Source: an uncultured bacterium
Lineage (GTDB): Bacteria > Desulfobacterota_D > UBA1144 > Nemesobacterales > UBA2774
Length of the DNA stretch: 64,000 bases
Assembly: GCA_963825135.1 (NCBI GenBank)
Contig: CAWGRW010000009.1
Coordinates: forward strand, 128,001-192,000
Direction of reading: 5' to 3'
Shown here in pieces: positions 50,262 to 62,159 of this stretch; position 1 is the first letter of the stretch, and each line of letters opens with the position of its first letter. The translations under genes were made by a program, and so were the position numbers. The notes under the pieces were generated by a model. That model worked only from the letters and a program-made list of their open reading frames with translations, was not told where the DNA came from and did not search any database.

Positions 50262-51092
50262 TTAATCGGCGGGCTTGCCCGGAGCAGGCTCTTCCTTAAC
50301 CGCGGGCTTGCCCATAACGTAGCCGAGCGCGTGGAACACGAGCCCCGACACCGCGTAGAGGTAAACGAGGAAGATAAACATTATCTCGGGGTTGGTTATT
50401 ACAGCCGCGATAATGATCGCGGCTACCACGAGGGCGTTGAAAGGACCTCCCAGTCTGAGCGTGGGCTGCTTCGAGTACCTTACGTTGCTTACCATGAGAA
50501 GCCCTATGACCGGGACGGCCACGAGGTAAAACCACAGCACCCTGGCGTCGGGATCCATCTTGAGGGACGAGAGCAGCATCAGGGGGGACACCATGAGGCC
50601 CGCGGCCATGGGGCTCGGGAGCCCCGTGAAATTGAACCTCTCCACCGTAGCCGACTGCACGTTGAACCTGGCGAGCCTGAGGGCCGCGCAGACCACGTAG
50701 ACGATGACCGCCATGAGGCCGAGCTTGCCCTTGTCCATGAGCGTCCACACGTATATCAGCACGGCGGGGGCCACGCCGAACGATACGACGTCCGAGATGG
50801 AATCGTACGAGAGGCCGAAACTGCTCTCGTGCTTAATGAACCTGGCGAGCCTGCCGTCGAGCGTGTCGAAGAAGAACGAGATGACTATGAACGCCCCGGC
50901 CCACCAGAATTTCCTGAACGCCCAGGCGTCGGAAACGTTACCCGCCCCCATGACCGATACTATCTCTATCGACGTCAGTATCGATAGGAGCCCGAAGGCC
51001 AGGTTCCCCGTCGTGAATATATTGGGAAGAACGGGCATCACCTGCTGCCTCTTCGTTTTCTTCCTTCTCAAGCCCTGTTCCCGTCTAGCCAC
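50262..51092 (-). CDS. pssA: CDP-diacylglycerol--serine O-phosphatidyltransferase
   Basis: LPNIFT, DTLDGRLAR...G...DSISD..SFGVAP, RLARFN; follows psd. Confidence 0.93.
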   Translation of the reverse strand: MARREQGLRRKKTKRQQVMPVLPNIFTTGNLAFGLLSILTSIEIVSVMGAGNVSDAWAFRKFWWAGAFIVISFFFDTLDGRLARFIKHESSFGLSYDSISDVVSFGVAPAVLIYVWTLMDKGKLGLMAVIVYVVCAALRLARFNVQSATVERFNFTGLPSPMAAGLMVSPLMLLSSLKMDPDARVLWFYLVAVPVIGLLMVSNVRYSKQPTLRLGGPFNALVVAAIIIAAVITNPEIMFIFLVYLYAVSGLVFHALGYVMGKPAVKEEPAPGKPAD

Positions 51093-51750
51093 GCTATTAT
51101 GCTCTCCCCGGCTCTTACCGTGTTACCCGCGCTTACCTCTATTATACACCCCTCGGGCAGATACACGTCCACCCTGGAGCCGAACTTGATCATACCGTAT
51201 CTTTCGCCCTTTTGAAATTTCATGTCCACGTCCGCGTAAGAGACGATCCTCCGGGCGAGGAACCCCGCTATCTGGGAGACCACGACCCTCTCCCCGTCCT
51301 GAGTCTCGACGAGCGTGGAAAGCCTCTCGTTGTCGTCCGATTTCCGCTTCATTCCGTCCGAGAACAGCCAGTCCGGCATGTGCGCGATATTGAAGCTGCC
51401 GGGCGAATACTTGGTCCCTATCACCTTGCCCCGGACGGGCATCCTGTTTATGTGGCAGTCGTAGAGGGCGAGCGATATGCTTATCCTCGTCGTGGGGGCG
51501 CCCAGGAAGTCCCTTTCGTAGATATCCTCCACCATTATTACCCGCCCGTCGGCGGGCGAAACTATGGAATCGGGGTCGTCCGGGACCTCCCTCTCGGGGT
51601 CCCGGAAGAAAAACAGCGTGATTACCGCGAGGATTGCGAAAATAATGGATACTACGGTGAAATTGAATATGGCGGCCGCCCAGGCGAGTATCGCGAGAAC
51701 GCCGAGGTACGTAAAACCCTCGGTAGCTATGGGAGACCGCTTTCTTTCCA

Positions 51751-51751
<1 letters not shown>
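51068..51751 (-). CDS. psd: Phosphatidylserine decarboxylase
   Basis: FFRDPER, SPADG, H.NRMP, KFGSRVD. Confidence 0.93.
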
Positions 51752-53270
<1,519 letters not shown>

Positions 53271-53384
53271 TGGTAATAAACCTCCGGTTATAATCGACTG
53301 AAAATTTACTTTCGATAGGGGAAAAAGACAAACGAGAACCCTACGTTACCGAGAAAGCTCCCTCATTATACCCTATCCTTCCCA

Positions 53385-55121
53385 TTAAGCCATATCGGCC
53401 GCTTCCGCGACCATATCGCTCATTGAGCCCCCGGGTCCGAGTATCATTTCGTTCATCGCGCCTCCGGGTGCGATCATCGGGTAAACGAGCTCGTTTTCGT
53501 CAACGAATATCTCCATCAGCACCACGCCTTCGGTGGAGAGCCCCTCTTTCAGAGTGGCTTCCAGGTCCTCAGGCCTCTTCGCCTTGAGCCCTTTTGCGCC
53601 GAAAGACTCGGCCAGCTTCACGAAGTCGGGAAGAACGCCGAACTTGGAAGCGGAGTAGTTCCCGTTATAGAACATGGTCTGCCACTGCCTCACCATGCCG
53701 TGATGGCCGTTATTGAGGAGTATTATCTTTATATCCATGTCGTTCTCAACGGCGGTAGCGAGTTCCTGCATGTTCATCTGGAAGCTCCCGTCGCCGCAGA
53801 CGCTTACGACCATCTTGTCGGGCCGCGCGAACTTCGCCCCCATGGCCGCCGGGAACCCGAAACCCATAGTCCCCAGGCCGCCCGAGGTGATCCATGTCCT
53901 CGGATATTTGAAACGATACCACTGGGCGACCCACATCTGGTGCTGTCCCACGTCGGAGACGACTATCGCCTCTCCGTCCGTAATCTTGCTGAGGGTGTCT
54001 ATGACGTACGTCGTCAGTATCTTGTCGCCTTCCTGCTTGTAAGCGAGCGGGTGTTTCTTCTCCCATGACCTAATCAGCCCCATCCACTCCTTACGGTCCG
54101 TTTTCACCTTCGCCGGAATCATTTCGAGCATCTGTTTTAAGACTTCCTTCGCGTCCCCGACTATGGGGCAGTGCACCACTATGTTCTTGTCTATCGTGGA
54201 CGGGTCTATGTCTATGTGAATTATCTTGGCGTCCGGAGCGAACTTCGCAAAATTACCGCCCGTGGCCCTGTCGTCGAACCTCGCGCCTATGGATATAACG
54301 AGGTCGCAGTCGTGCACCGCCATGTTCGCGGCATAGGAGCCGTGCATCCCGAGCATGCTGATGAAGAGCGGGTCGTCCGCCGGAAAAGCGCCCAAGCCCA
54401 TGAGCGTGAGGGTAACCGGTATCTGGAGCCTGTGGACGAGCTCCTTAAGCTCCTCCGAAGCCCCCGACCACAGGAGTCCTCCCCCTCCGAATATGAGCGG
54501 TCTCTTCGCGGCGAGTATCATATCGACCGCGCGCTTTATCTGTCCGGGATGCCCCTTCTTGGGGGGCTTGTATCCCCTGAGGCTTATATCATCCGGTATC
54601 ACGAACTCGTCCTCGCCGATCAGGACGTCCTTGGGCATGTCTACGAGCACGGGGCCCGGCCTGCCAGTCCCGGCGATGTAGAACGCCTCTTTTATGGCGA
54701 GCGGGAGGTCTTTGGTCTTTCTGACCAGGTAGTTGTGCTTCGTGCAGGGGCGCGTTATACCGATATGGTCCGCCTCCTGAAAGGCGTCGCTGCCGAGATA
54801 CGGCAGCGGGACCTGTCCCGTGAACACCACTACGGGGGAGGAATCCATCTGCGCCGTGGCTATGCCGGTAACGGTGTTAGTCGCGGCCGGGCCCGACGTG
54901 CAGAGCACGACACCCGGCTTGCCCGACGCCCGCGCGTAACCGTCGGCCATGTGCGTCGCCGCCTGCTCGTGCCTGGCGAGAACGTGCCTGATACGGTCCG
55001 AGTACTTGGGCATTACGTCATACACCTTGAGCACGTATCCCCCCGGAAGCCCGAACACCACGTCTATGCCCTCGTGTATCAGGGTCTCGAAAAACATATC
55101 GGCACCGATCATTCTCACCAT
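53385..55121 (-). CDS. ilvB: Acetolactate synthase large subunit
   Basis: [25 protein letters not shown]. Confidence 0.96.
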   Translation of the reverse strand: MVRMIGADMFFETLIHEGIDVVFGLPGGYVLKVYDVMPKYSDRIRHVLARHEQAATHMADGYARASGKPGVVLCTSGPAATNTVTGIATAQMDSSPVVVFTGQVPLPYLGSDAFQEADHIGITRPCTKHNYLVRKTKDLPLAIKEAFYIAGTGRPGPVLVDMPKDVLIGEDEFVIPDDISLRGYKPPKKGHPGQIKRAVDMILAAKRPLIFGGGGLLWSGASEELKELVHRLQIPVTLTLMGLGAFPADDPLFISMLGMHGSYAANMAVHDCDLVISIGARFDDRATGGNFAKFAPDAKIIHIDIDPSTIDKNIVVHCPIVGDAKEVLKQMLEMIPAKVKTDRKEWMGLIRSWEKKHPLAYKQEGDKILTTYVIDTLSKITDGEAIVVSDVGQHQMWVAQWYRFKYPRTWITSGGLGTMGFGFPAAMGAKFARPDKMVVSVCGDGSFQMNMQELATAVENDMDIKIILLNNGHHGMVRQWQTMFYNGNYSASKFGVLPDFVKLAESFGAKGLKAKRPEDLEATLKEGLSTEGVVLMEIFVDENELVYPMIAPGGAMNEMILGPGGSMSDMVAEAADMA

Positions 55122-55183
55122 TTTACAATTACCCCCGTATTTTACGCGCGGCGCATTACGTCACGGACCGCCCCGCAGTTATT

Positions 55184-55402
55184 TTATTTATGCTTCGTTT
55201 CGGCGATTTTCGCTTCCATCCTGTCCTTTAACGAAAGCTTTATCTTCTTCAGTCTCCTTACTTCTATTTCATCATCCCTGGTAAGCGTCCCCTTACTCTC
55301 GAGGCTCCTCACAACTTCGTCGAGCTCCCTGTGCTCGAAGTAGATGCGCTTGAATTCCTCGTCCCCTTCGAGCAGCTTTTCGATTATGTCCGATTCCGTC
55401 AT
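55184..55402 (-). CDS. DUF465/YdcH family small protein
   Basis: EH..LD, LKK.KL.LKD. Confidence 0.8.
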   Translation of the reverse strand: MTESDIIEKLLEGDEEFKRIYFEHRELDEVVRSLESKGTLTRDDEIEVRRLKKIKLSLKDRMEAKIAETKHK

Positions 55403-56115
55403 GGTATCTCCCCTTTGCTTTTAATTCCGCGTGCGGTTTCCGTAAATATGTCCGGCTTTCTCAAATACATCGGCGCGAGTCCCAGGACCTCGTCCGCACG
55501 CCCCTCCCCAATCCTCTCGTAACCGTAAATTGCGAGGGATGATGCCCTCGGGTAGTTCAAATAGGGGGGGCTGAATAAATAGTCTCCTCCCCCCAACCCA
55601 TTATCTTCCAGAAAATCCCTGTAAAGTAAAGCGCCTTCGCCTATAAATATAGTTTTTTCCTTTATTATTTCCATAAGCCCCCGGGGCGTAATTATCACGT
55701 CTTCGGCAAGCCTCGCGACCCTTCCCCCGGCCGTCCTGAAGAGGGCCGCGAAGAGCTCCCCCTTCCTCGCGTCGGCCGTCGCGCACACCTGCCAGGGCGA
55801 AAAAGGCGCGTTCATGGCCAGGACTTCCAGGGAAGACGCCCCGATTACCGGAATATCCAGCGAATACGCCAGACCCTTGGCCGTCGAGATGCCCACCCTG
55901 AGCGCGGTAAACGACCCCGGCCCGAGCGAAACGGCCGCTCCCCCGAGCGCTTTCCGGTCTATGCCCAGCTCCCCGAGCAGGCGCTCTATCGCCGGTATGA
56001 GCCTCTCCGAATGGGAAGGGCCCATATTCAGATAATATTCCCCGAGTATACGGCTGCCCTCAGAGACAGCTATGCTGCCCGAATACGTGGATGTTTCAAT
56101 CGCCAGAACTTTCAT
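55399..56115 (-). CDS. tsaB: tRNA threonylcarbamoyladenosine biosynthesis protein TsaB
   Basis: LAIETST, HSE.L.P, GPGSFTALRVG, DARKGE. Confidence 0.95.
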   Translation of the reverse strand: MKVLAIETSTYSGSIAVSEGSRILGEYYLNMGPSHSERLIPAIERLLGELGIDRKALGGAAVSLGPGSFTALRVGISTAKGLAYSLDIPVIGASSLEVLAMNAPFSPWQVCATADARKGELFAALFRTAGGRVARLAEDVIITPRGLMEIIKEKTIFIGEGALLYRDFLEDNGLGGGDYLFSPPYLNYPRASSLAIYGYERIGEGRADEVLGLAPMYLRKPDIFTETARGIKSKGEIP

Positions 56116-56225
56116 CGTCGATATTATTAATCTCTATCAGATTATAACGGATTGCCCGATGAACGGAAAGGAGAGGGCTCTCGCGCCTGCACATACGCGC
56201 ATACGTTGGAGCGGAAAGATGAGAA

Positions 56226-57359
56226 CTATTTCGAGGTCTGGCGCCCGAAGGTCTCTTCCCTTATGAGAGATCCCGAGCCCGACGTGATGCCCTCTATCCG
56301 CATGGCGAGGTCGTTACTGTTGGTGGCCTGCCTCATTGCCTCGTCGTACGTAATCATGCTGCTCTTGTAGAGTGTGTACAGGCACTGGTCGAAGGTCTGC
56401 ATCCCGTAATGGATGCTCCCCTCGTGTATCGCCTGCCTTATCTCCCAGGTCTTCTGCGGGTCGGAGATCAGGTCTTTCACCCTTTCGGTCGCGATAAGTA
56501 TCTCGGCCGCGGGCACGCGGGCCTTGCCGTCGGCCGTCGGGACGAGTCTCTGCGACACTATCGCCTTCAGCACCTGCGCGAGCTGATACCTGACCTGGTT
56601 GTGCTGGTGGGGAGGAAAGATAGTAAGCATGCGGTTTATCGATTCCTGCGCGTCGAGGGTATGGAGCGTGGTGAGCACGAGGTGACCCGTCTCAGCCGCC
56701 GAAAGGCATATCTCCATCGTTTCGAGGTCCCTCATCTCTCCTACGAGTATCACGTCCGGGTCTTCCCTGAGCGCTGCCCTCATGGCGTTCGCGAAGGACA
56801 TCGTGTCTATGCTTATCTCCCTCTGGTTTATATAGCTCGTATGGTCCTCGTGCATATATTCGAGAGGGTCTTCGACCGTGATTATGTGGCGCGCCTTGTT
56901 CCTGTTTATGTAATCGACCATCGCGGCGAGCGTCGTGGACTTGCCGCTTCCGGTAGTCCCGGTGACGATTACGAGCCCCCTCTCCTCGCTCGCTATCTTC
57001 TCCATCACGGGCGGGAGGTTGAGCGAGCTGAAGCTCAGTATGTTAAACGGTATCGCCCTGATGGCTATGGACAGGGTGCCTCTCTGGTGAAACACGTTCA
57101 CCCTGAACCGGGAAAGCCCGCTTATGCTGTAGGCGAGGTCCATCTCGTAGAGAGACTCGAACCTCTCCTGCTGGGCGGGGTTCATCATCTGAAGCGCCAT
57201 GTCGCGGACGTCCTCGGACGTGAGCTTGGGCGCGTTCTTCACCGGGGAGAGCTTACCCTCGACGCGCAGTATAGGGTGCCTCTCCGTACCGATGTGTACG
57301 TCGGACGCCCCTACCCTGACTGCGGCGCGCAGGATATCGTCTATATTTACCGAGCCCAT
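56226..57359 (-). CDS. pilT: Type IV pilus retraction ATPase PilT/PilU
   Basis: ASDVH, GTTGSGKSTTLA, EDPLE, REDPDVILVGEMRD, GMQTFDQ. Confidence 0.9.
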   Translation of the reverse strand: MGSVNIDDILRAAVRVGASDVHIGTERHPILRVEGKLSPVKNAPKLTSEDVRDMALQMMNPAQQERFESLYEMDLAYSISGLSRFRVNVFHQRGTLSIAIRAIPFNILSFSSLNLPPVMEKIASEERGLVIVTGTTGSGKSTTLAAMVDYINRNKARHIITVEDPLEYMHEDHTSYINQREISIDTMSFANAMRAALREDPDVILVGEMRDLETMEICLSAAETGHLVLTTLHTLDAQESINRMLTIFPPHQHNQVRYQLAQVLKAIVSQRLVPTADGKARVPAAEILIATERVKDLISDPQKTWEIRQAIHEGSIHYGMQTFDQCLYTLYKSSMITYDEAMRQATNSNDLAMRIEGITSGSGSLIREETFGRQTSK

Positions 57360-58403
57360 CTACTTCTCCTGGGGCTTCTCCGTCTTGATGACCCCTGTCT
57401 TGGTAAGTATATCGCTCTTTATTTTTTCGGCTATATCCGGATTGTCCTTGAGAAAGGCCCTTGAGTTCTCCCTCCCCTGCCCTAGCCTCTCCCCGCCGTA
57501 CGAAAACCAGGTCCCGCTCTTCTCGACTATGTTCATCTTGGAGCCCATGTCGACGAGCTCCCCCGTCTGGGAGATGCCGCTTCCGAACATTATGTCGAAC
57601 TCGGCGTCCCTGAAGGGAGGGGATACCTTGTTTTTTACGACCTTGGCCCTGACCCTGTTCCCGGACACCTCTTCCCCTTCCTTGACCGAGCCTATGCGCC
57701 TCACGTCTATCCTTACGGAGGAATAGAACCTGAGCGCCATTCCGCCGCTCGTCGTCTCGGGGTTCATGTAGGGGAGCGTGCCTATCTTCATCCTCGTCTG
57801 GTTGACGAATATCACGAGCGTGTTCGACCTGCCTACGGTGGCCGTGATCTTCCTGAGCGCCTGGGACATGAGCCTCGCCTGAAGCCCCACGTGCGCGTCT
57901 CCCATCTCGCCCTCTATCTCGGCCCTCGGCACGAGGGCCGCGACCGAGTCGAGCACTATGACGTCCAAGGCGCCGCTCCTTACGAGCGTGTCCACTATCT
58001 CGAGCGCCTGCTCTCCGAAGTCGGGCTGCGATATGAGGAGGTCGTCTATCTTAACGCCCAGGTTCTGGGCGTAGTTCGGGTCGAGCGCGTGCTCCGCGTC
58101 GACGAACGCCGCTATACCGCCCTTCTTGTGGGCCTCCGCTATTACGTGGAGCGCGAGCGTGGTCTTGCCCGAGGACTCGGGGCCGAATATCTCGATTATC
58201 CTGCCCCTCGGGTATCCCCCCACGCCGAGCGCTATGTCGAGCCCGAGCGAGCCTGAGGACACTACGGACAGCTGTGGTAACGGCGCCCCCGAGCCCAACC
58301 TCATGATAGCCCCCTTGCCGAACTGCTTCTCTATGGAAGAGATCGCGAGGTCTATCGTCTTTTCTTTTTCCGATGAATCGGGTGAAAATGTTTGTTTTGC
58401 CAT
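57360..58403 (-). CDS. recA: Recombinase A
   Basis: [25 protein letters not shown]. Confidence 0.99.
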   Translation of the reverse strand: MAKQTFSPDSSEKEKTIDLAISSIEKQFGKGAIMRLGSGAPLPQLSVVSSGSLGLDIALGVGGYPRGRIIEIFGPESSGKTTLALHVIAEAHKKGGIAAFVDAEHALDPNYAQNLGVKIDDLLISQPDFGEQALEIVDTLVRSGALDVIVLDSVAALVPRAEIEGEMGDAHVGLQARLMSQALRKITATVGRSNTLVIFVNQTRMKIGTLPYMNPETTSGGMALRFYSSVRIDVRRIGSVKEGEEVSGNRVRAKVVKNKVSPPFRDAEFDIMFGSGISQTGELVDMGSKMNIVEKSGTWFSYGGERLGQGRENSRAFLKDNPDIAEKIKSDILTKTGVIKTEKPQEK

Positions 58404-58415
58404 AATAGCTCCACA

Positions 58416-59663
58416 TTATACGTTATTTAAAAAATTTTGCATAACCATCCAAAGCGCGCGGGACGACGTGACGAGCTTTATCTCCTCCCTCGACCCGTGA
58501 AACAGGAATTTCTCCGAGCGCACGCCCCCTTTATCCGAATCCATGCCTATAAAAACCGTGCCGACCGGCTTGTCGGGAGTCCCTCCGCTCGGCCCCGCTA
58601 TCCCGGATACGGCTAGGCCAATATCCGAGCCCGCGAGCTTCCTCACCCCCATCGCCATCGCCTCCACCACGGGCCCGCTCACCGCGCCGTGGGCGGCCAG
58701 CAGCTCACGCGGCACGCCGAGTATGTTCTCCTTCGCCTCGTTACTGTAAGAGACCACCCCTTCGAGGAAGTAATCGGAGCTTCCCGGCACGTTCGTAATC
58801 CTGTGGGCGATGAGCCCGCCCGTGCACGACTCCGCAGTAGCGAGCGTCATGTCGTGCTCGCGCATGAGTTTCCCCGCGGCCTCTTCCATGGTCTCCCCTC
58901 CGGTCGAGAATACGCTGCCGCCCAATCTCGATTGAACGTCCCTGACGAATACCGCCATCAGCTCCTCCGCGTCCCTGTTCGAGTCCCCGGATGCCGTGAC
59001 GCGCAGGTGCACCTCGGGGAAATGGGCCCTGTACCCGAGCCTTATTCCGTCCCTTTCAACCCCTTGTAATTTGATTGCGACCTCGGATTCCGGAAGGCCG
59101 AACGTCTTTATGAGCTTCGCCCGAAAAGGCTTCCTGCCTTTGTCCCGGCTTTCGAGCTCGGGGATCACGTACTCGTCCATAAGCGCGCGGAACTCCCCCG
59201 GCACTCCGGGGAGGAAATAAAATACAGCCCCGCCTTTTTCGATGCTGAAGCCGGGCGCGGTCCCCCAGTTGTTTATCAACACGCGCGATCCCCGCGGTAA
59301 AAAAGCCTGTTTCCTGTTCATGTCCGTGAGCACCCTGCCCCTCTTGCTCAACGTTTCTTCGATAGACCTCACCGCCCGCATGTTGAGCTCGAGCGGCACT
59401 CCCAGGAAGGCGGCGGCCACTTCCGAGGTGAGGTCGTCGGGAGTGGGCCCGAGGCCGCCCGACACTATGACGGCGTCCGCCCTTTGCGACGCAGTGACGA
59501 GGGCGGTAGAGATATCGCCCCTGTCGTCCCCGACGGTGGTATGGAATTCCACCGAGAACCCCCTCGACGTAAGAGCGTCCCCCGACCAGGAGAAATTGCT
59601 GTCCTGAGTGAGACCGCTCATAAGTTCATCGCCCGTCGTTATGATCTCTATTTTCACACACAT
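58416..59663 (-). CDS. cinA: Competence/damage-inducible protein CinA
   Basis: GDEL..G...D.N, GGLGPTPDD, AESCTGG, GIAGP. Confidence 0.95.
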   Translation of the reverse strand: MCVKIEIITTGDELMSGLTQDSNFSWSGDALTSRGFSVEFHTTVGDDRGDISTALVTASQRADAVIVSGGLGPTPDDLTSEVAAAFLGVPLELNMRAVRSIEETLSKRGRVLTDMNRKQAFLPRGSRVLINNWGTAPGFSIEKGGAVFYFLPGVPGEFRALMDEYVIPELESRDKGRKPFRAKLIKTFGLPESEVAIKLQGVERDGIRLGYRAHFPEVHLRVTASGDSNRDAEELMAVFVRDVQSRLGGSVFSTGGETMEEAAGKLMREHDMTLATAESCTGGLIAHRITNVPGSSDYFLEGVVSYSNEAKENILGVPRELLAAHGAVSGPVVEAMAMGVRKLAGSDIGLAVSGIAGPSGGTPDKPVGTVFIGMDSDKGGVRSEKFLFHGSREEIKLVTSSRALWMVMQNFLNNV

Positions 59664-59715
59664 AGTGTGTTCCTACGATTCCTTCCAACTCCGTCACTTA
59701 ATCCGGCAGCTTAAA

Positions 59716-59746
59716 CAATCCCGTCGTGCTGAGCTTGTCGAAGGAT
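59716..59746 (+). repeat. REP-like element (CAATCCCGT...TGAGCTTGTCGAAGGA family)
   Basis: Near-identical to 60895-60934. Confidence 0.7.
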
Positions 59747-59840
59747 GTTATTCCCGAATGTTCTGATCGGAACAGCGGCAACGACACCTAGATAATAAAC
59801 CAGCGGCGAAATCGAATTCAACTGCCGGAAAAAAAATCAA

Positions 59841-60293
59841 CTACAACAGCACCCTCGCAATTATCTGAAGGAGGATGTTCGCATACACCCCGGCAATCAC
59901 GTCGTCCATCACGACCCCGAGCCCGCCATTCAGACGCTCCGACTGTCTCGACGGCGGGGGCTTTACTATGTCGAAAAATCTGAACAGGAAAAACCCGATC
60001 ACCAGATTAGTGAGTGTGAAGGGTACGAGCGCCATCGTAACCAGATACCCGCACACCTCGTCGGCCACGATGAGCCCCGGGTCCTTCTCCCCGAATATAC
60101 CCTCTGCTATCCCCGACGCCCACACCGACAGGATAATGAACAGCGCCGTAAACGGGATATAGAAATAATACGGCAGCCCGGAGAGTATATAATACAGAGG
60201 CACCGCGGCGAGCGTGCCCATCGTTCCGGGCGCGTACGGGAAGTACCCGACGTAAAAAAACGTGGCTATGAGCCTGGCGATACGCTCTTTCAC
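59841..60293 (-). CDS. pgpA: Phosphatidylglycerophosphatase A
   Basis: APGT.GT, DP..IV.DE, FRFFDIVKP, GVVMDD..AG. Confidence 0.95.
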   Translation of the reverse strand: MKERIARLIATFFYVGYFPYAPGTMGTLAAVPLYYILSGLPYYFYIPFTALFIILSVWASGIAEGIFGEKDPGLIVADEVCGYLVTMALVPFTLTNLVIGFFLFRFFDIVKPPPSRQSERLNGGLGVVMDDVIAGVYANILLQIIARVLL

Positions 60294-60785
60294 CTAAGAA
60301 AGCGTCCCTTCCACCCTGAGGAGGTCCTTTTTAATCTCTATTCCGCATGAATATCCGCCGAGCCCGTTTGACGCGAGCACCCTGTGGCAGGGGATGACTA
60401 TCGGTATCGGATTGGCCCCGACCGCGTTCCCGACGGCCCTGGCCGCCCCGGGCCTGCCGACGCCCTCCGCGACCTCCCCGTATGTGGCCGTCTCTCCGTA
60501 TGGAATATCGAGGAGTTTTTTCCAGACCGATTTCTGAAACGGGGTGCCTCCGGACAGGTCTATCGGGGTCTTGAATTCGGAGAGCCCGCCGTCGAAGTAG
60601 AGCTCAAGCTCCCGGGCCATATCGGCCGCGGCCCCGCCTGTCGTAACCGGCGCCCCCGCGCGCGCTTCCAGGTATTTCCTGAACTCCCTCTCGCCGAATA
60701 CTATTCTCGTAACGCCCCTCTCGCTCGAAAGCACGAATACCTGTCCTACGCGCGTAACTATTGATGAATAGTTGATCTGACTCAT
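60294..60785 (-). CDS. ogt: Methylated-DNA--protein-cysteine methyltransferase
   Basis: GTPFQ..VW, IPYGET.TY, IPCHRV. Confidence 0.93.
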   Translation of the reverse strand: MSQINYSSIVTRVGQVFVLSSERGVTRIVFGEREFRKYLEARAGAPVTTGGAAADMARELELYFDGGLSEFKTPIDLSGGTPFQKSVWKKLLDIPYGETATYGEVAEGVGRPGAARAVGNAVGANPIPIVIPCHRVLASNGLGGYSCGIEIKKDLLRVEGTLS

Positions 60786-60894
60786 GCCTGTCCCCCCCGA
60801 TTCAGTTTCCACGCACGCACCGCGTTGTCAAGACACACGCGCGCGTGTTCATACGATTCCTTCCATATTTCTTCTCCCGGCCAACTACCGAAGT

Positions 60895-60934
60895 CAATCC
60901 CGTTCGTCCTGAGCTTGTCGAAGGATTGAACGGG
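60895..60934 (+). repeat. REP-like element with CCCGTTC...GAACGGG inverted ends
   Basis: caatcccgttcgtcctgagcttgtcgaaggattgaacggg. Confidence 0.7.
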
Positions 60935-61049
60935 TCAGACTCCCGTATGTCCGCTGCCACCCCGCCGCCTTGAAATTCCCCCTAAAGTACGTAATATCTC
61001 TACTGCAAATTTAAAGGATCAAATAACCGACAAGGGGGATTTACCGGGT

Positions 61050-61853
61050 ATGGAATACGGGTTAGAGAACAGCTGGGCACTAATTCTCGGGGCATCGAGC
61101 GGGTTCGGCGAGGCGGCGGCGCTGGAATTGGCGGCGCACGGAATGAACATCTTCGGCGTCCACCTCGACAGGAAATCCACCATGCCCAAGGTCGAGGAGA
61201 TAAAAGAGAGGATTAAGGAGAAGGGGAGAGAGACGGCCTTCTTCAACATAAACGCGGCCGACCCGGAGCAGCGCTCGGAGACGCTCGGGGAGATCGAGCA
61301 GATTCTGGACGAGCACGGGAACTCCTCGGGCATAAAGGTTCTCATACACTCGCTCGCCTTCGGCACGCTCAAGCCGTACATAGCGGCGTACGAAAAAGAC
61401 AGGGTATCGAACAAGAACATGGACATGACACTCGACGTCATGGCGCACTCGCTCGTTTACTGGGCGCAGGAGGTCGTGAGCAGGAAGATGATGGTCGAGG
61501 GAGGCAGGATATTCGCCATGACGAGCGCCGGGAGCCACAGGGTATGGCCCACGTACGGCCCCGTGTCGGCGTCGAAAGCGGCTTTAGAGTCCCACATCCG
61601 TCAATTGTCCGTCGAGCTCGCCAAACACAAGATAACGGCGAACGCGATTCAGGCCGGCGTTACCGAGACCCCGGCCCTGAGCAAGATACCGGGCAGCGAG
61701 GAGATAATTAAACACGCGCTCGCGGCTAACCCCGCGGGCAGGCTCACGACCACGTCGGACGTTGCGCAGGCGATTGTGGCGCTTTCCGGCGTGGGCACGC
61801 ATTGGCTCACGGGGAACGTGATCAAGGTGGACGGAGGGGAGGACCTGATTTGA
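61050..61853 (+). CDS. SDR oxidoreductase, FabL-like enoyl-ACP reductase
   Basis: GASSGFG, Y..VSASKAALE, TG.VI.VDGG. Confidence 0.8.
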   Translation: MEYGLENSWALILGASSGFGEAAALELAAHGMNIFGVHLDRKSTMPKVEEIKERIKEKGRETAFFNINAADPEQRSETLGEIEQILDEHGNSSGIKVLIHSLAFGTLKPYIAAYEKDRVSNKNMDMTLDVMAHSLVYWAQEVVSRKMMVEGGRIFAMTSAGSHRVWPTYGPVSASKAALESHIRQLSVELAKHKITANAIQAGVTETPALSKIPGSEEIIKHALAANPAGRLTTTSDVAQAIVALSGVGTHWLTGNVIKVDGGEDLI

Positions 61854-61883
61854 AATTGGAGGAGAATAAATCGATTTCTTATC

Positions 61884-62124
61884 TGTCATTCCCGAGGTGC
61901 AGAATCTGCACTCATATTCGATCGTAACTATGATGCTTAGACCAAAATAATTCCCTCTCCCCAGCGTGGGAGAGGGTTAGGGTGAGGGGGTACGTTATAA
62001 TTCTGTCATTCCCGAACGATTTAATCGGGAATCTAATCTGTCTAAACTGTCATTGCGAGCGGCGAGAAGCAAGCTCATGAATAAAGCGAGATCGCCACGA
62101 CCATAAGACGGTCTCGCGATGACA
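61884..62124. repeat. Cluster of palindromic REP-like elements
   Basis: TGTCATTCCCGA at 61884 and 62004 (the latter closed by GGGAATC); TGTCATTGCGAG...CTCGCGATGACA at 62048-62124; CCCTCTCCC...GGGAGAGGG at 61953-61990. Confidence 0.7.
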
Positions 62125-62159
62125 GAGAAATAGCCCAACCGGATATAAGGCAAAACATA